Positions 44,277 to 53,351 of a DNA stretch of 64,000 nucleotides are shown piece after piece; positions within the stretch are counted from its first letter, which is position 1, and every line of letters begins with the position of its first letter. The notes beneath the pieces are model-generated. The model did no database searches. It saw only the letters and a program-made list of their open reading frames with translations, and was not told the DNA's origin. The position numbers and the translations under genes were made by a program. The DNA is from a marine group bacterium Sva0996 bin134 (GTDB taxonomy: Bacteria; Actinomycetota; Acidimicrobiia; Acidimicrobiales; Bin134): the NCBI GenBank assembly GCA_002239105.1, contig MPNQ01000006.1, forward strand, positions 69,880-133,879, in the 5' to 3' direction.

Positions 44277-45215
44277 TTATGGCTCCAGGACAACCTTGAT
44301 GGCGCCGGAGGCGCGGTCGGCGGCGGTGGCGAAGGCTTCGGCGGGGGCGTCTAGGGGGAAGCGGTGGGTGATGACGGCGTCGGGGAGCTCGGGGAGCTGG
44401 GCCAGGGCGGCGGCGGCGACATCCATGTCGCGGGTGGGGCCGTAGCGGCCGTACATGGAGGAGGGGACCACGGTGATCTCCTTCATGCTCAGCTCTATAC
44501 CGGGCATCTCAACGGGGTCCCAGTAAGAGCCCAGGATGACGATCTTTCCACCGGGCCGGCACTTCTTGGCGGCGTCGGCCAGAGCTGAGGCGGTACCAGC
44601 GGCCTCTACGACGATGTCGTAGGGCTCATCGGTCATCGGCGCGGCCCCCAGGCGCTCGGCGGCCTCCTTTTGGGCGTCGTGGCGGGCTGAAATAGCTGTC
44701 TCGCACCCGGCGAGGCGGGCCACGGCCAGCGCGGTCTGGCCCACGGCTCCGCCGCCGATGACGGCCACCCGCATGTCGCCCCGCAATCCGGCCAAGCGGA
44801 AGCCGTGCACCGCGATGCCCAGCGGCTCCACCAGGCATGCGTCCCGGGCATCGGCCCCCGACGGCAGGGGAACGATAGCCTCGGGCCACATGAGCACCTC
44901 GTCGGCCATGCCGCCATCGCGGGAGATGCCGGCGATGTCGGTCAGGGTGACCGGGCAGCGGTTGTAGTCGCCGGCCAGGCAGATCTCGCAGGTGCCACAG
45001 CCGTGGATGGGCTCGATGGCCACCGGGCGGCCGTCGTCCAGCCAACCAGCGAACTCGTGGCCAATGGTGAAGGTGTTGAGCATCCCCAACTCGAGCATGT
45101 GCAGGTCGGAACCGCATACCCCCGCCGAGGCCATCTTGATCCGGACGCCCTCGCCGTCGGGAGGCGGTACCTCCACAGTCGCGGGCTGGCCGTCGACGCA
45201 TCGCACTGCTCTCAT
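44277..45215 (-). CDS. zinc-dependent alcohol dehydrogenase (MDR family)
   Basis: GVCGSDLHM, GHEFAG, VAVIGGGAVGQTA. Confidence 0.85.
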   Translation of the reverse strand: MRAVRCVDGQPATVEVPPPDGEGVRIKMASAGVCGSDLHMLELGMLNTFTIGHEFAGWLDDGRPVAIEPIHGCGTCEICLAGDYNRCPVTLTDIAGISRDGGMADEVLMWPEAIVPLPSGADARDACLVEPLGIAVHGFRLAGLRGDMRVAVIGGGAVGQTALAVARLAGCETAISARHDAQKEAAERLGAAPMTDEPYDIVVEAAGTASALADAAKKCRPGGKIVILGSYWDPVEMPGIELSMKEITVVPSSMYGRYGPTRDMDVAAAALAQLPELPDAVITHRFPLDAPAEAFATAADRASGAIKVVLEP

Positions 45216-45242
45216 TGCTTCATCCTCTCATCGGACGGGCGC

Positions 45243-47666
45243 TCACAGGCCCTTGGGGCGGGTGCCGATGACCCCGTCGGCTTCCAGCGCAGCGATCTCG
45301 TCGGCCGACAGGCCCAGCTCGGCCAAGATCTCATGGTTGTGCTGTCCCAGGGTGGGCGACGGGGAGGTGATCCAGCGGTCCACCGAGGCGAACCGATAGG
45401 GCATACCCGGCATGGGATGGGTGCCCACCGCGGGGTGCTCGACCATCTCGAACAAACCCCGATGGGCATGTTGGGGATTCTCGTGCTGGAGACGGGGATC
45501 CCAGGCCGGGGCAGCAGGAACACCTGCTTCCACCAACCGGGCCACGGCCTCGTCCAGTTCTTGTTCGGCAGCCCAGGCATACAGCCCCTCGTCGATGGCG
45601 TCGTGACCCGCCCGACGGCCGGCGTCGGTGGCGTACTCCGGTTGGTCGGCCCACTCGGGAGACCCCAGCACCTCCACCAGCGCCTGCCACTGCTCGTCGG
45701 TGGCCACGGCCAGCGCCAGCCATTGCTCATGGCCCCGACAGGGATACAGCCCTTGAGGCGCGGCATAGGGGCTCCGGTTTCCGGCCCGCTCCATCACGTT
45801 GCCGTAGGCGGTGTACTCCACGATCTGCTCGGCCGAGCAGTTGAGGGCGGCTTCTACCATGGTGGACTCTACGAACACCCCCCGCCCGGTGCGCTCCCGC
45901 ACCGCCAAGCCCAATATCGCGGCGTAGGCGCCGTGCATCCCGGCGATGGGGTCGCACGGCCCGCGCATTATGCGGGGCTGGTCGTAGGGATGGCCGGTGA
46001 CCCAGGCCATGCCGGTGAGCTGCTCCATGGTCTGGGCGAAGCCCACCCGATCCCGCCACGGACCGCTCAGCCCGAACGCGGGCATCCGGGTGAATACCGC
46101 CTGAGGGTTGCGGGCCGAGACGGCCTCCCAACTCAAACCCCACTTCTCCACCACCCGGGGGGAGAAGTTCTCCACAATCACGTCGGCCTCCCCGATGAGC
46201 CGCCACAGCAGGTCCATGCCCGCGTCGGTGTCCAAGTCCAGCGTCAGGTCACGTTTGTTGTGGTTGATGGCCACATACATCGAGCTCCACTCCCACCAGT
46301 CCTCGGTGCCGAACATGAAACCGGTCATGCGCATGCCGTCGGGGTGTCCGGTGGACTCGATGTGGATCACATCGGCGCCCAGCATGGCCAGCGTGCCGGT
46401 GGCCGACGGTCCGGCCCACCAGCTGGTGAGATCCAGCACCTTGACCCCGGCCAGCGGCAGATCAGGATCGGCGTCGGCAGCCGACGGCACGGGCTGGGGG
46501 CAAGGTTCCACCGTGCCGGTGTGCTCGCCCAAACGGGGCGCGGGCGTGGCCGGCCGCCGCTCGCCGCCGTCGTCCATCAGGTACGGCGATCGGGGCTGGA
46601 GGAACCCCCCGGGGTTGCGCACGAACACCCCCCGGGCCGCGAATTGCTCGTTGTCGAGCACCGAGCGGCCGTCGTTCACCTCGGCCACCGGCACCCGTAG
46701 GTCCGAGGCCGCCTTCACAATCTCAGCTACCGAGTGGCGAGACGTCCATGGGTGGACCATGGCATTCCACTCGTCCAGACGGCCGGCCCGCTCCCCGATC
46801 TGGCTCCACTCGGTGTCAATCAGGTCGGGGCGCTCGATCATCAGCACAAAGCCCTGGTATTGCAGAGCGGTGTTGGTGTTGAACCCCACCCAGCCGTCGA
46901 GGGCGGGCTCGATGGAGGGCGCCTCCACCGACCGGGCCACCCGGTCGAATTCGTGACCGCCGCCCCGCATGGAGTGGGCCAGGTCGCTGAACGTGGTGGC
47001 GGCGATGCCCATCACGTCGGCCACCGCCATGTCGATGTGCTCACCGCGTCCGGTGCGCCGAGCCCTCAGCAGCGCGGAGAGGACCGGGGGGCCGGCGTAG
47101 GCCCCAGTAGTCCACTCCGCTATGCCCCCTCCGGCGTGGATCGGGGGCTGGTCGGGCCGCCCCCGGCAGGCGATGGCCCCGCACTGGGCTTGCGCGGTGT
47201 ACTCAGTGGAGGGATGCTGGGCCAACGGCCCGTCCTGCCCATAAGGCGTGACCGACAGCACCACGAGATGGGGATGTCGCTGGGCCCAGGCCCGCCCGAT
47301 CCCCGACCCGGCGGGAAATGACTCCACCACGACATCGGCAGTAGCCACCAGCTCCTCGATCTCATCGTCTCCCGGCACACCGACAATGCCCCGCTTGGAG
47401 GCATTGAGCAGCTGGAACAGCGCACTGTCACCCTCGAACTCGGCCCGAGTGGCCGACCATCGGCGCACCGGATCGCCGCCGGGCCCCTCCACCTTGATCA
47501 CGTCGGCCCCGGCGTCGGCCAGCAGCTTGGTGGCATACGGGCCAGACACCCCGGTCGAGAAGTCCACCACCCGGACTCCAGCCAGGATCGTGGCCTGCAT
47601 GTGGGTGCCTTCGCTCATGCTGGCTCCGCCGGCCCGCTGAGCGCCCTGATTGGCCTCATCGGTCAT
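45243..47666 (-). CDS. tandem fusion of two family III (CaiB/BaiF) CoA-transferase domains
   Basis: ORF 45243..47786 trimmed to ATG 47666 (alternatives 47618 and 47600). The two N-terminal-type motifs are GVRVVDFSTGVSGPYATKLLADAGADVIKVE and, ~400 aa later, GVKVLDLTSWWAGPSATGTLAMLGADVIHIE. Confidence 0.8.
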   Translation of the reverse strand: MTDEANQGAQRAGGASMSEGTHMQATILAGVRVVDFSTGVSGPYATKLLADAGADVIKVEGPGGDPVRRWSATRAEFEGDSALFQLLNASKRGIVGVPGDDEIEELVATADVVVESFPAGSGIGRAWAQRHPHLVVLSVTPYGQDGPLAQHPSTEYTAQAQCGAIACRGRPDQPPIHAGGGIAEWTTGAYAGPPVLSALLRARRTGRGEHIDMAVADVMGIAATTFSDLAHSMRGGGHEFDRVARSVEAPSIEPALDGWVGFNTNTALQYQGFVLMIERPDLIDTEWSQIGERAGRLDEWNAMVHPWTSRHSVAEIVKAASDLRVPVAEVNDGRSVLDNEQFAARGVFVRNPGGFLQPRSPYLMDDGGERRPATPAPRLGEHTGTVEPCPQPVPSAADADPDLPLAGVKVLDLTSWWAGPSATGTLAMLGADVIHIESTGHPDGMRMTGFMFGTEDWWEWSSMYVAINHNKRDLTLDLDTDAGMDLLWRLIGEADVIVENFSPRVVEKWGLSWEAVSARNPQAVFTRMPAFGLSGPWRDRVGFAQTMEQLTGMAWVTGHPYDQPRIMRGPCDPIAGMHGAYAAILGLAVRERTGRGVFVESTMVEAALNCSAEQIVEYTAYGNVMERAGNRSPYAAPQGLYPCRGHEQWLALAVATDEQWQALVEVLGSPEWADQPEYATDAGRRAGHDAIDEGLYAWAAEQELDEAVARLVEAGVPAAPAWDPRLQHENPQHAHRGLFEMVEHPAVGTHPMPGMPYRFASVDRWITSPSPTLGQHNHEILAELGLSADEIAALEADGVIGTRPKGL

Positions 47667-47775
47667 CGCGGCCTCACTGCTTCCCGATCGTTTTGCACTT
47701 CGGTATCTTGTCGCATCTGACGTTCCCGTACACTGGCCGACACTCGGCAAACGATCGCAGCAAAGGACAGCCACT

Positions 47776-49047
47776 GTGAAGCTCACCGAAGTTAACCTGC
47801 TCGACCCTGATCGATTCGTGCGCCAAGAACATCACGAGATGTTCAAGGTGCTGCGTGAGGAAGCACCCGTCTTCCTGCACCAAGACCCCGATGGGCCGGC
47901 GTTTTGGAATGTGGTCAAACATGACGACCTGGTGGAGGTGAACCGCGATACGGAGCGCTTCTCATCGGAGTTGGGCGGCACCTCCATCCCAGACCCGGGC
48001 ACCCGCGACAATGGTGGGCCTGACTCCCGGGGAGTGATGATGCTCACCACCGATCCGCCCAAGCACACCCGCTACCGGCGACTGGTGAACAAGGGCTTCA
48101 CCCCCCGCATGATCGGGCTCATCGAGCAATACCTCCGCCACCGGGCCATTTTGATCGTGGACAACGTGATCGAAAAGGGCGAAGCCGACTTCGTGGTTGA
48201 CGTCGCCTCTGAGCTCCCACTCCAGGCCATCGCCGAGATCATGGGGGTACCCCAAGAAGACCGCATGATGCTGTTCGACTGGTCCAACCGCTTGATCGGC
48301 GTCGACGATCCCGAGTACGCCGGCGGCGCCGAAGACGGCGTGGCGGCTGGCGCGGAGCTGTACGCCTACACCAACCAGCTGGCCAAGGACCGCGCGGAAA
48401 ACCCCCGCGACGACATCGTCACCAAGCTCATCAACGCCGAGATCGATGGCGACCGGCTGACCGAGCTTGAATTCGACATGTTCATGCTGCTGCTCACCGT
48501 GGCCGGCAACGAGACCACCCGCAACGCCACCGCCCAGGGAATGCTGGCGCTGATGGACCACCCCGAGCAGTTCGAGAGCGTCAAGAGCTCCCCCGACGGA
48601 GTTACCGACACCCACATCGACGAGCTTCTCCGGTGGTCCACACCGGTGCTGCACTTCCGCCGCACCGCCACCGAAGACACCGAGATCAGGGGCCAGCACA
48701 TCGACGAGGGCGACAAGATCGTTATGTGGCACATCTCGGCCAACCGGGACGAAGAGGTGTTCAAAGATCCGTTCACCTTCGACGTGAACCGCACCCCCAA
48801 CGAGCAGATCGCCTTCGGCGGCGGCGGAGCCCACTATTGCCTAGGCGCCAACCTGGCCAAGATGGAGATGCGGCTGATCTTCCAGGAGATTGTCGACCGC
48901 ATGCCCGACATCCACCGCGTCGGCGAGCCCGAATGGCTGCGCTCCAACTTCATCGGCGGCGTCAAGCACCTCCCCGTAGCCTGGACCCCCGGCCAAAAAG
49001 TAAACCCCGGCCCCGCCCCCAACGAAAACCTCTCAACCCTGGTCTGA
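47776..49047 (+). CDS. cytochrome P450 (CYP125/124/142-like)
   Basis: ORF 47650.. trimmed to GTG 47776. I-helix AGNETTRNAT, ExxR DELLRW, heme loop FGGGGAHYCLGANLA. Confidence 0.85.
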   Translation: MKLTEVNLLDPDRFVRQEHHEMFKVLREEAPVFLHQDPDGPAFWNVVKHDDLVEVNRDTERFSSELGGTSIPDPGTRDNGGPDSRGVMMLTTDPPKHTRYRRLVNKGFTPRMIGLIEQYLRHRAILIVDNVIEKGEADFVVDVASELPLQAIAEIMGVPQEDRMMLFDWSNRLIGVDDPEYAGGAEDGVAAGAELYAYTNQLAKDRAENPRDDIVTKLINAEIDGDRLTELEFDMFMLLLTVAGNETTRNATAQGMLALMDHPEQFESVKSSPDGVTDTHIDELLRWSTPVLHFRRTATEDTEIRGQHIDEGDKIVMWHISANRDEEVFKDPFTFDVNRTPNEQIAFGGGGAHYCLGANLAKMEMRLIFQEIVDRMPDIHRVGEPEWLRSNFIGGVKHLPVAWTPGQKVNPGPAPNENLSTLV

Positions 49048-49842
49048 TCAGCTGGCGAGCACGGCCTCTTGGATGAGGGGGCGAAGTAGTTGGGCGGCTT
49101 GAAGCTGGCTGTCTAGGACATCGAGGATGCCCTCGCGTTGCATGCGGGCGAAGGCGGGGATTCCGGCGGCGGCTTTGCGGGCCACGCTGCGGTGGCATCC
49201 GGCGATTACCTCGGCGACCATCTCGGGCAGTTGCTGTGCATCGGAGGTGGCTAGGCGGTAGCCGCGTACGAGGGCGGTGATTCGGGATGCTCGGTCGGGC
49301 AGGACCGGCCACTGTTGGAGCCAGGGATCGTCGTCATCGCAAACGGGGGCGAACTGCCAAAGGGCATGGCCGAGATCCCATAGCGCTGGGGCGACCCAAA
49401 TTCCGTCCCAATCGATGAATGCCGCCGCCTGCCCTTCCCTGAAGACAGTGTTGCGGGGGGCGATGTCGCCGTGGCAGATGATGTCGCCCTCAGCCAGAGC
49501 CTGAGGACCCTCTACAAAGCCGGCATTAGGAGCAAAGCCCCTTGCGCTGTCGTGATACTGGCGCAGCAGCCTGCCCACCGATTCCAGTGCCCCAGCATCG
49601 AGCTTCCACCCCTCGGCCTCGTTTGGCACCCATCCCTCGATCCACGTCAGCCTTACCACGCCATCAGGCTCCGAACCCACCACCCGGGGAGCACCCTCGA
49701 AGCCGCACTCCTCCAGGTGCGAGAGCAGTTGCTTCATCGACTCGGTGCTGGCAGTGGCCGGTCGCACCACCTCGTCGCCGATTCGGACGAACTCGGTCAC
49801 CCGCCCGGCGACCACCTCTCCCTGACCAGACTCGCTCCCCAC
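49048..49842 (-). CDS. aminoglycoside/choline-kinase-like phosphotransferase
   Basis: ICHGDIAPRNTVF (HxDxxxxN) and FIDWDG. Its stop abuts the P450 stop (TGATCA). Confidence 0.7.
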   Translation of the reverse strand: MGSESGQGEVVAGRVTEFVRIGDEVVRPATASTESMKQLLSHLEECGFEGAPRVVGSEPDGVVRLTWIEGWVPNEAEGWKLDAGALESVGRLLRQYHDSARGFAPNAGFVEGPQALAEGDIICHGDIAPRNTVFREGQAAAFIDWDGIWVAPALWDLGHALWQFAPVCDDDDPWLQQWPVLPDRASRITALVRGYRLATSDAQQLPEMVAEVIAGCHRSVARKAAAGIPAFARMQREGILDVLDSQLQAAQLLRPLIQEAVLAS

Positions 49843-49886
49843 GCCACAAGGCTAACGGGACAGCCTCCAGCGCCATTTCCCGCCGG

Positions 49887-50495
49887 TCAATCCCCCGGCA
49901 GTCGGCTCCACATCACGACGTCGGGTTGGTCGTCTTTGACCGGCTCCCAAGCCCGTAGTACGCCTTCACGCTGATAGCCGCAGCGTTCGGCCACCCTTTG
50001 GGAGGCGGGATTGTCGACATGGGTCACCAGATGAACCCGGGCCAGGTCGTGCTCGGAGAAAGCCCAATCGGTGATCAGATTGAGGGCTTCGGAGGCGATT
50101 CCTTGGCCCCGGTACTGCCGGTCGAGCCAATAGAACGCCTCTCCCCGCCGGAATTGGGGCTCTAGCAGGATGCCCATTTGGCCGGTGCAGCGGTCCGAGG
50201 GAGGCAGTGTGATGGCGAATGCGAAAAGGCCCTGTTCCCTCCGTGCCAGCCGTTGCTCAATCCACTCTTGAGCCTGCGCTTCAGACATCGCTTCGGGCAT
50301 CATCGTGAATCGGGGAATTTCCGGGTCTCGGCACGACCCAGCGATGTCGACCGCGTCCTCAACTCGAAACGGTCGCAAGAGCACGCGTTCCCCGGCAATC
50401 GTAGTGAACGGGACAGCCACAACCTCCAGTCTCCCAGAGCCCGAAGTCTGTGAATGCCCGAATTTGATCACCAACCGGGCATCATCAGGACTCAT
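49887..50495 (-). CDS. GNAT family N-acetyltransferase (RimJ/RimL-like)
   Basis: ORF 49887..50714 trimmed to ATG 50495. GERVLLRPFRVEDAVDI and RQYRGQGIASEAL (Q/RxxGxG/A acetyl-CoA loop). Confidence 0.75.
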   Translation of the reverse strand: MSPDDARLVIKFGHSQTSGSGRLEVVAVPFTTIAGERVLLRPFRVEDAVDIAGSCRDPEIPRFTMMPEAMSEAQAQEWIEQRLARREQGLFAFAITLPPSDRCTGQMGILLEPQFRRGEAFYWLDRQYRGQGIASEALNLITDWAFSEHDLARVHLVTHVDNPASQRVAERCGYQREGVLRAWEPVKDDQPDVVMWSRLPGD

Positions 50496-50590
50496 TGGCC
50501 AGTGCGTAGGAAACCTCTGTCTCAATCTGCTGGGATTCTGCATTGACCGATTACAAGGCAGAATTGCAAGCCACCTTGTAGACTGCTCGC

Positions 50591-50833
50591 ATGTCAAGCA
50601 CGGGAACGCTGAAGGTGTCGTCTCGGGGGCAGATGAGCCTTCCGGCGACGGCTCGCCACCACTGGGGCCTCGACGAAGGGGGCGAAGTCGGATACTTGCA
50701 TCTCGGCGGCGCACTCCTGCTGATACCGGGCAACGTCGAAAAGCTGCGGGCCGAGTTGCTTGCCGCCATCACCGACGAGATCTGGGAACAGGCCGCAGCT
50801 GGCTTCGGCGACCCCGACCTGGCCAGCGAGTGA
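50591..50833 (+). CDS. AbrB/MazE/SpoVT-type antitoxin
   Basis: GTLKVSSRGQMSLPATARHHWGL swapped-hairpin motif. 80 aa. Confidence 0.7.
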   Translation: MSSTGTLKVSSRGQMSLPATARHHWGLDEGGEVGYLHLGGALLLIPGNVEKLRAELLAAITDEIWEQAAAGFGDPDLASE

Positions 50834-51249
50834 CCCAGCTTGTAGACGACAGGGTCCTCTCCGCCCTGCTGCAAGGGCGAGCCCCGCCGCAGCCTGAACA
50901 GCCGGTCTACACCACCGGCTGCTGGTACGTGCGGCTCTGCCAGGCAGCGCTGAGCTCAACGGTCAGCGGTACACTCTCCAGTTCGTTCGCCGAGCTGCCC
51001 CCCAAGCTCGTCCCCCGAGCACTCCATTCACTGCTCGAGCTACCCGAAGAGATCGGACTGGTGAGCCTGAGAACTCTGGCCCCGCTGATCGGCCGACTGC
51101 GCAGCCGCCATCGCCAACTCAACTTGCTCTCGATTGAAGCGCTGGCCGCCGCTCTGCACCTGGACGCCCAGGTCTACCTGCTCACCCCCACGCCTCCCCT
51201 CCAAGACGCCCTCGCCGCCGAAGGCCGCCAAGCCGTCATCTTGGCTTGA
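50830..51249 (+). CDS. PIN-like domain protein, putative (possibly degenerate) toxin
   Basis: Taken from frame 50305..51249 and trimmed to GTG 50830, overlapping the antitoxin stop (GTGA). VTQLVDDRVLSALLQG...LNLLSIEALAAALHLDAQVYLLT follows the PIN layout, but several acidic positions look substituted. Confidence 0.4.
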   Translation: MTQLVDDRVLSALLQGRAPPQPEQPVYTTGCWYVRLCQAALSSTVSGTLSSSFAELPPKLVPRALHSLLELPEEIGLVSLRTLAPLIGRLRSRHRQLNLLSIEALAAALHLDAQVYLLTPTPPLQDALAAEGRQAVILA

Positions 51250-51309
51250 CGCGCACGCCCGCGGCCATCGGCGCGAGCCTTGGCCAATAAATGGAACGAC
51301 TAATGGCAA

Positions 51310-51726
51310 TCACCGGGAAGCGTCGATGCAATTTGCCGGGCCCTCCCACGTCAGCATTTGTTGGTCCAAGGTGAGCAAGGGGCACTCTTGGACCACTGCG
51401 GTGGCCAAGATAAATCGATCTGCGGTGTCCCCGGTGGCCAGGCCCATTTCTCCCAATCGGGCGGCCTGTTCTGCTTCCATCGATCCGATGGGCAGATCCC
51501 TGACTCCGGCGGCAACCAATCGCATCCGGAGAAGGGCCACGTTGAGTTCCACCATCAAGCGCCGCTTGGCCTGCAGCAGGGCCAACTCCCAATACGTGAT
51601 CGCGCTTACCGCTGCCTCGCCCCGCCGGGTGGCTTGGTCTACCCGCGCGACGGCTTCGGTCCCGAGCTTGCCGTCAGCGACACCCCAACAGAATCGGAGC
51701 ACGACATTGGTGTCCAGCAGCAGCAT
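51310..51726 (-). CDS. vapC: PIN-domain ribonuclease toxin
   Basis: MLLLDTNVVL, SAITYWEL, GDTADRFILATA, LLTLDQ. Confidence 0.8.
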   Translation of the reverse strand: MLLLDTNVVLRFCWGVADGKLGTEAVARVDQATRRGEAAVSAITYWELALLQAKRRLMVELNVALLRMRLVAAGVRDLPIGSMEAEQAARLGEMGLATGDTADRFILATAVVQECPLLTLDQQMLTWEGPANCIDASR

Positions 51727-52067
51727 CAGCCGTCTTGGTCGGATGGGCCGACAACGAGTTCGGGTTCTTGCCTATCCCAGCTAGAGAGAACTTCCTCAGC
51801 GTCCTCCTCATGGCCTGCCCACACGGATTCCTTGTCGAAATCGAACCCTTCGGGCAGTGCGATGATGTCTCGACAAAAGCCAAAGAGCGACCCAGTGAAC
51901 TCTTCCCGAGGCGAACGTGGTGGCCGGACCTCAGCTACTGGCCGACCGTTCTTGGTTATAACGATCTCCTGCCCATCGCGCACAGCATCCAACAGCGGCC
52001 CGCAATTGGCCCGGAACTCGCTCACCGAGACAGCTACAGAAGGCAGGTGATCGCCATGAAGTGCCAC
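51726..52067 (-). CDS. Phd/YefM-type antitoxin
   Basis: VSVSEFRANCGPLLDAVRDGQEIVITKNGRPVAEVRPP. Its stop shares 1 nt with the vapC ATG. Confidence 0.7.
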   Translation of the reverse strand: MALHGDHLPSVAVSVSEFRANCGPLLDAVRDGQEIVITKNGRPVAEVRPPRSPREEFTGSLFGFCRDIIALPEGFDFDKESVWAGHEEDAEEVLSSWDRQEPELVVGPSDQDG

Positions 52068-52097
52068 TCTGCCCAGACTAACGGCACGATCCTGTTT

Positions 52098-52113
52098 TGT
52101 ACATGCTTGTACA
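52098..52113. promoter_or_regulatory. candidate antitoxin operator
   Basis: TGTACA-TGCT-TGTACA: two copies of a palindromic hexamer, ~30-45 nt upstream of the phd start (52067). Confidence 0.3.
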
Positions 52114-52221
52114 ACAACTTACGGCGAGCCGGCTAGAGGTCGGCAACCCGGTAGTTCTGCAAAACCCTCAGCCTTTTGACCTGTCGGGCTATACCATCCT
52201 CCTGCTCGAAGGAGATTCCGC

Positions 52222-53253
52222 ATGACCGATAAGCCTGATCCGTTGGCTATCCCCTTCGGGACTGTTTTCTGTGACTGGATGACCACGGCGCAAGCCGAAG
52301 ATGGGCCGCTGGATTATGGCGGGTCGCCAGAGCCCTTCGGGGACTTGACCATCAGCCCGGCCGCACACGTGCTGCACTACGGAAGCTCAATCTTTGAAGG
52401 GCTCAAGGCCCACCGCCAGCCCGACGGGTCGGTGGCGATCTTCCGTTTGGACACCCATGTCGCACGCATGGTCACCAGCGCCGCTCTTCTGCGGCTGCCC
52501 GAGATCGACCCCGGCATCTTGCACCAGATGATCATCGACGCGGTCGAGGCCAACGCTGATGAGGTGCCCGAGCCGCCCGGGTCTCTCTACATCCGTCCAA
52601 CGTTTGTGGGCACGGGATCCGATATCGGAGCTGCGGCCCATCCAGCCCCCAGCGCGCTGTTGTTCGTTGTGAACTCCCCGGTGGGCGACTACTTCAAGGG
52701 CGGAATACGACCCCTCACCCTTCAAGTAGAGACGTTGACTCCCCGTACCGTCCCCCAGTTCGGCATGGTGAAGTGCGCGGCCAACTATGCGATGGCCCTG
52801 GGCTCCACCATGGACGCCATGGCCGCCAACGAGGCGATCGACCAGGTGCTGTTCGCCACCGACGGCGACATCACCGAGACCGGGGCCTCGAACTTCTTTT
52901 TGGCAGACGACGAGCGGGTCGTTACCCGGAGCCTCGACGAGTCATTTCTCCACGGCGTGACCCGGGATTCAGTGATCCAGCTTGCCCGGCACCACGGCTA
53001 CGAAATCGAGGAGCGCCCAATCGATCCTGAAGAGCTCATCGAATGGACCGAGCGAGGCGAGGCGTTTCTGTCAGGCACAGCCGCCGGCATCGCCCCCGTC
53101 GGAACCATCCTCTACTCGGGCAAGACACTCACGATCGGCAGCGGCCAGCCGGGCCCCAACACCATGCGACTACGACAAGCCCTCACCGCCATCCAAACGG
53201 GCACAGCCCCCGACCCATTTAATTGGCGCACCACAGTCCAGATTCGCGGCTGA
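52222..53253 (+). CDS. ilvE: branched-chain amino acid aminotransferase
   Basis: 343 aa. Fold-type IV PLP enzyme pattern (YGSSIFEGLKAH, LYIRP, ETGASNFF, GVTRDSV). Confidence 0.85.
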   Translation: MTDKPDPLAIPFGTVFCDWMTTAQAEDGPLDYGGSPEPFGDLTISPAAHVLHYGSSIFEGLKAHRQPDGSVAIFRLDTHVARMVTSAALLRLPEIDPGILHQMIIDAVEANADEVPEPPGSLYIRPTFVGTGSDIGAAAHPAPSALLFVVNSPVGDYFKGGIRPLTLQVETLTPRTVPQFGMVKCAANYAMALGSTMDAMAANEAIDQVLFATDGDITETGASNFFLADDERVVTRSLDESFLHGVTRDSVIQLARHHGYEIEERPIDPEELIEWTERGEAFLSGTAAGIAPVGTILYSGKTLTIGSGQPGPNTMRLRQALTAIQTGTAPDPFNWRTTVQIRG

Positions 53254-53351
53254 ATTACCCCCTGTCTGGTACCGTCACTTGGAGCTTGGGGCGGGCCACT
53301 GAGAGGGGACGGTGAATCGTCCTCAGCGAGCAAGTGCATTAGGAGGCAGAC

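Noticed and set aside
44805-46700. 631-aa plus-strand ORF, one of the longest in the track
   Set aside because: It is antisense to the ADH and CoA-transferase genes, which have clear motifs. Its translation is G/R/H/P/V-rich with no recognisable domain. This is a typical shadow ORF of a high-GC genome.
49045-49050. TGATCA palindrome formed by the back-to-back stop codons of the P450 and the kinase-like gene
   Set aside because: It is a coincidental consequence of two convergent TGA stops with zero spacing, and no further structure is present.
49887-50495. GNAT acetyltransferase next to an AbrB antitoxin, as a possible GNAT-toxin TA pair (TacT/AtaT-like)
   Set aside because: The genes are divergent rather than co-oriented. 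The GNAT has the RimJ/RimL-type N-terminus. The AbrB gene is instead translationally coupled to the downstream PIN-like ORF.
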